Shown here: positions 54,738-55,186 of the stretch, piece after piece | Numbering within the stretch: position 1 is the stretch's first letter | How the letters are laid out: each line of letters begins with the position of its first letter | Assembly (NCBI GenBank): GCA_037142615.1 | Contig: JBAXAI010000025.1 | Coordinates: 1-55,186 of the forward strand | DNA: 55,186 bases | Source of the DNA: Spirochaetales bacterium | GTDB taxonomy: Bacteria > Spirochaetota > Spirochaetia > JABEVK01 | Direction of reading: 5' to 3' | Notes under the pieces: model-generated | The model's database searches: none | Told to the model about the DNA's origin: nothing | Seen by the model: only the letters and a program-made list of their open reading frames with translations | Made by a program: the position numbers and the translations under genes

Positions 54738-54888
54738 ACCCACGATGGTAGCAGAATTGCCGGAAACCTCAAGTCCGACACACTCTCAGCGCAGGACCTC
54801 GCAGGATTTGGAGAAAATTGATATTATTTCTTGATTCTGTGGTAGGGTTACAGGTTGGCTTCTGATACGCCGACGTGGGTGGCAGAAG

Positions 54889-54975
54889 ATGGAACTTTCT
54901 CAGAATGTTCTTGGTTTTGGTGCACTTGCCGAGCACATGTTTCAGGGGGTGGCCTACTGCCGTTTCAAGCCAGCC
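54889..54975 (+). CDS. Probable 5' fragment of a PAS-domain signalling gene
   Basis: LAEHMFQGVAYCR resembles PAS starts such as LFDMLNGFNYSR in the CHASE kinase; sequence then collapses into poly-G. Confidence 0.35.
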
Positions 54976-55186
54976 GGGGGGGGGGGGGGGGGGGGAATCC
55001 CAACTGCTTACCCCAAATCCTGCTTTTCCGGGGTTTTCCGCCCCCAAAGTTTTCAAAACCAGGGGGGATTTTTTTCAATTTTTGGGCGGGGCCGGTAAAA
55101 AAGGGGTCGCGGGGGGGCCCGTCCTTTTCTTTCCGGGTGGGGGCCAGGGGGCGGGGGTAGGGGTTAACCCCCCCGGCGCCCCGATT
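54976..55186. other. Low-complexity homopolymer-rich tail, probable sequencing artefact
   Basis: 20-nt G run followed by G/C/T/A runs at the sequence end. Confidence 0.75.

Noticed and set aside
54976-55186. Poly-G phase-variation tract or G-quadruplex
   Set aside because: Lies at the sequence end and is followed by homopolymer noise typical of read-end artefact

Overview
GC-rich bacterial chromosomal window, probably from a free-living spirochaete-like organism (inferred only from gene repertoire). Left end: the terminus of an IS630-family element abutting an Rpn (PD-(D/E)XK) nuclease gene, which lies head-to-head with a type IIG restriction-modification gene broken by two in-frame stops. 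Then a three-gene NAD(P) transhydrogenase operon, GNAT and EEP genes, and a ~20 kb carbohydrate locus: two solute-binding proteins, four ABC permeases, DUF4838-like, NHL/Yip1, DUF5696-like and TolB-like proteins, converging on GH4, a BadF-type kinase and GH84, with a ROK regulator. The right half has a CHASE hybrid kinase, ogt, a TetR/ABC-2/DedA operon, a 7TM diguanylate cyclase, an EF-G paralog, a secreted caspase plus two beta-propeller lipoproteins, a tandem duplicated Uma2 nuclease, rlmD, MarR/MFS and small lipoproteins. The last ~210 bp look like read artefact. Most notable: the uncharacterised glycan-import module; a palindrome plus 18-bp tandem-array element found twice, apparently inverted, in the 5' ends of exported-protein genes; an intragenic antitoxin start in Rpn; altered channel residues in the transhydrogenase; and repeated leaderless-type promoters. 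Family names are from motif recognition, not database searches.
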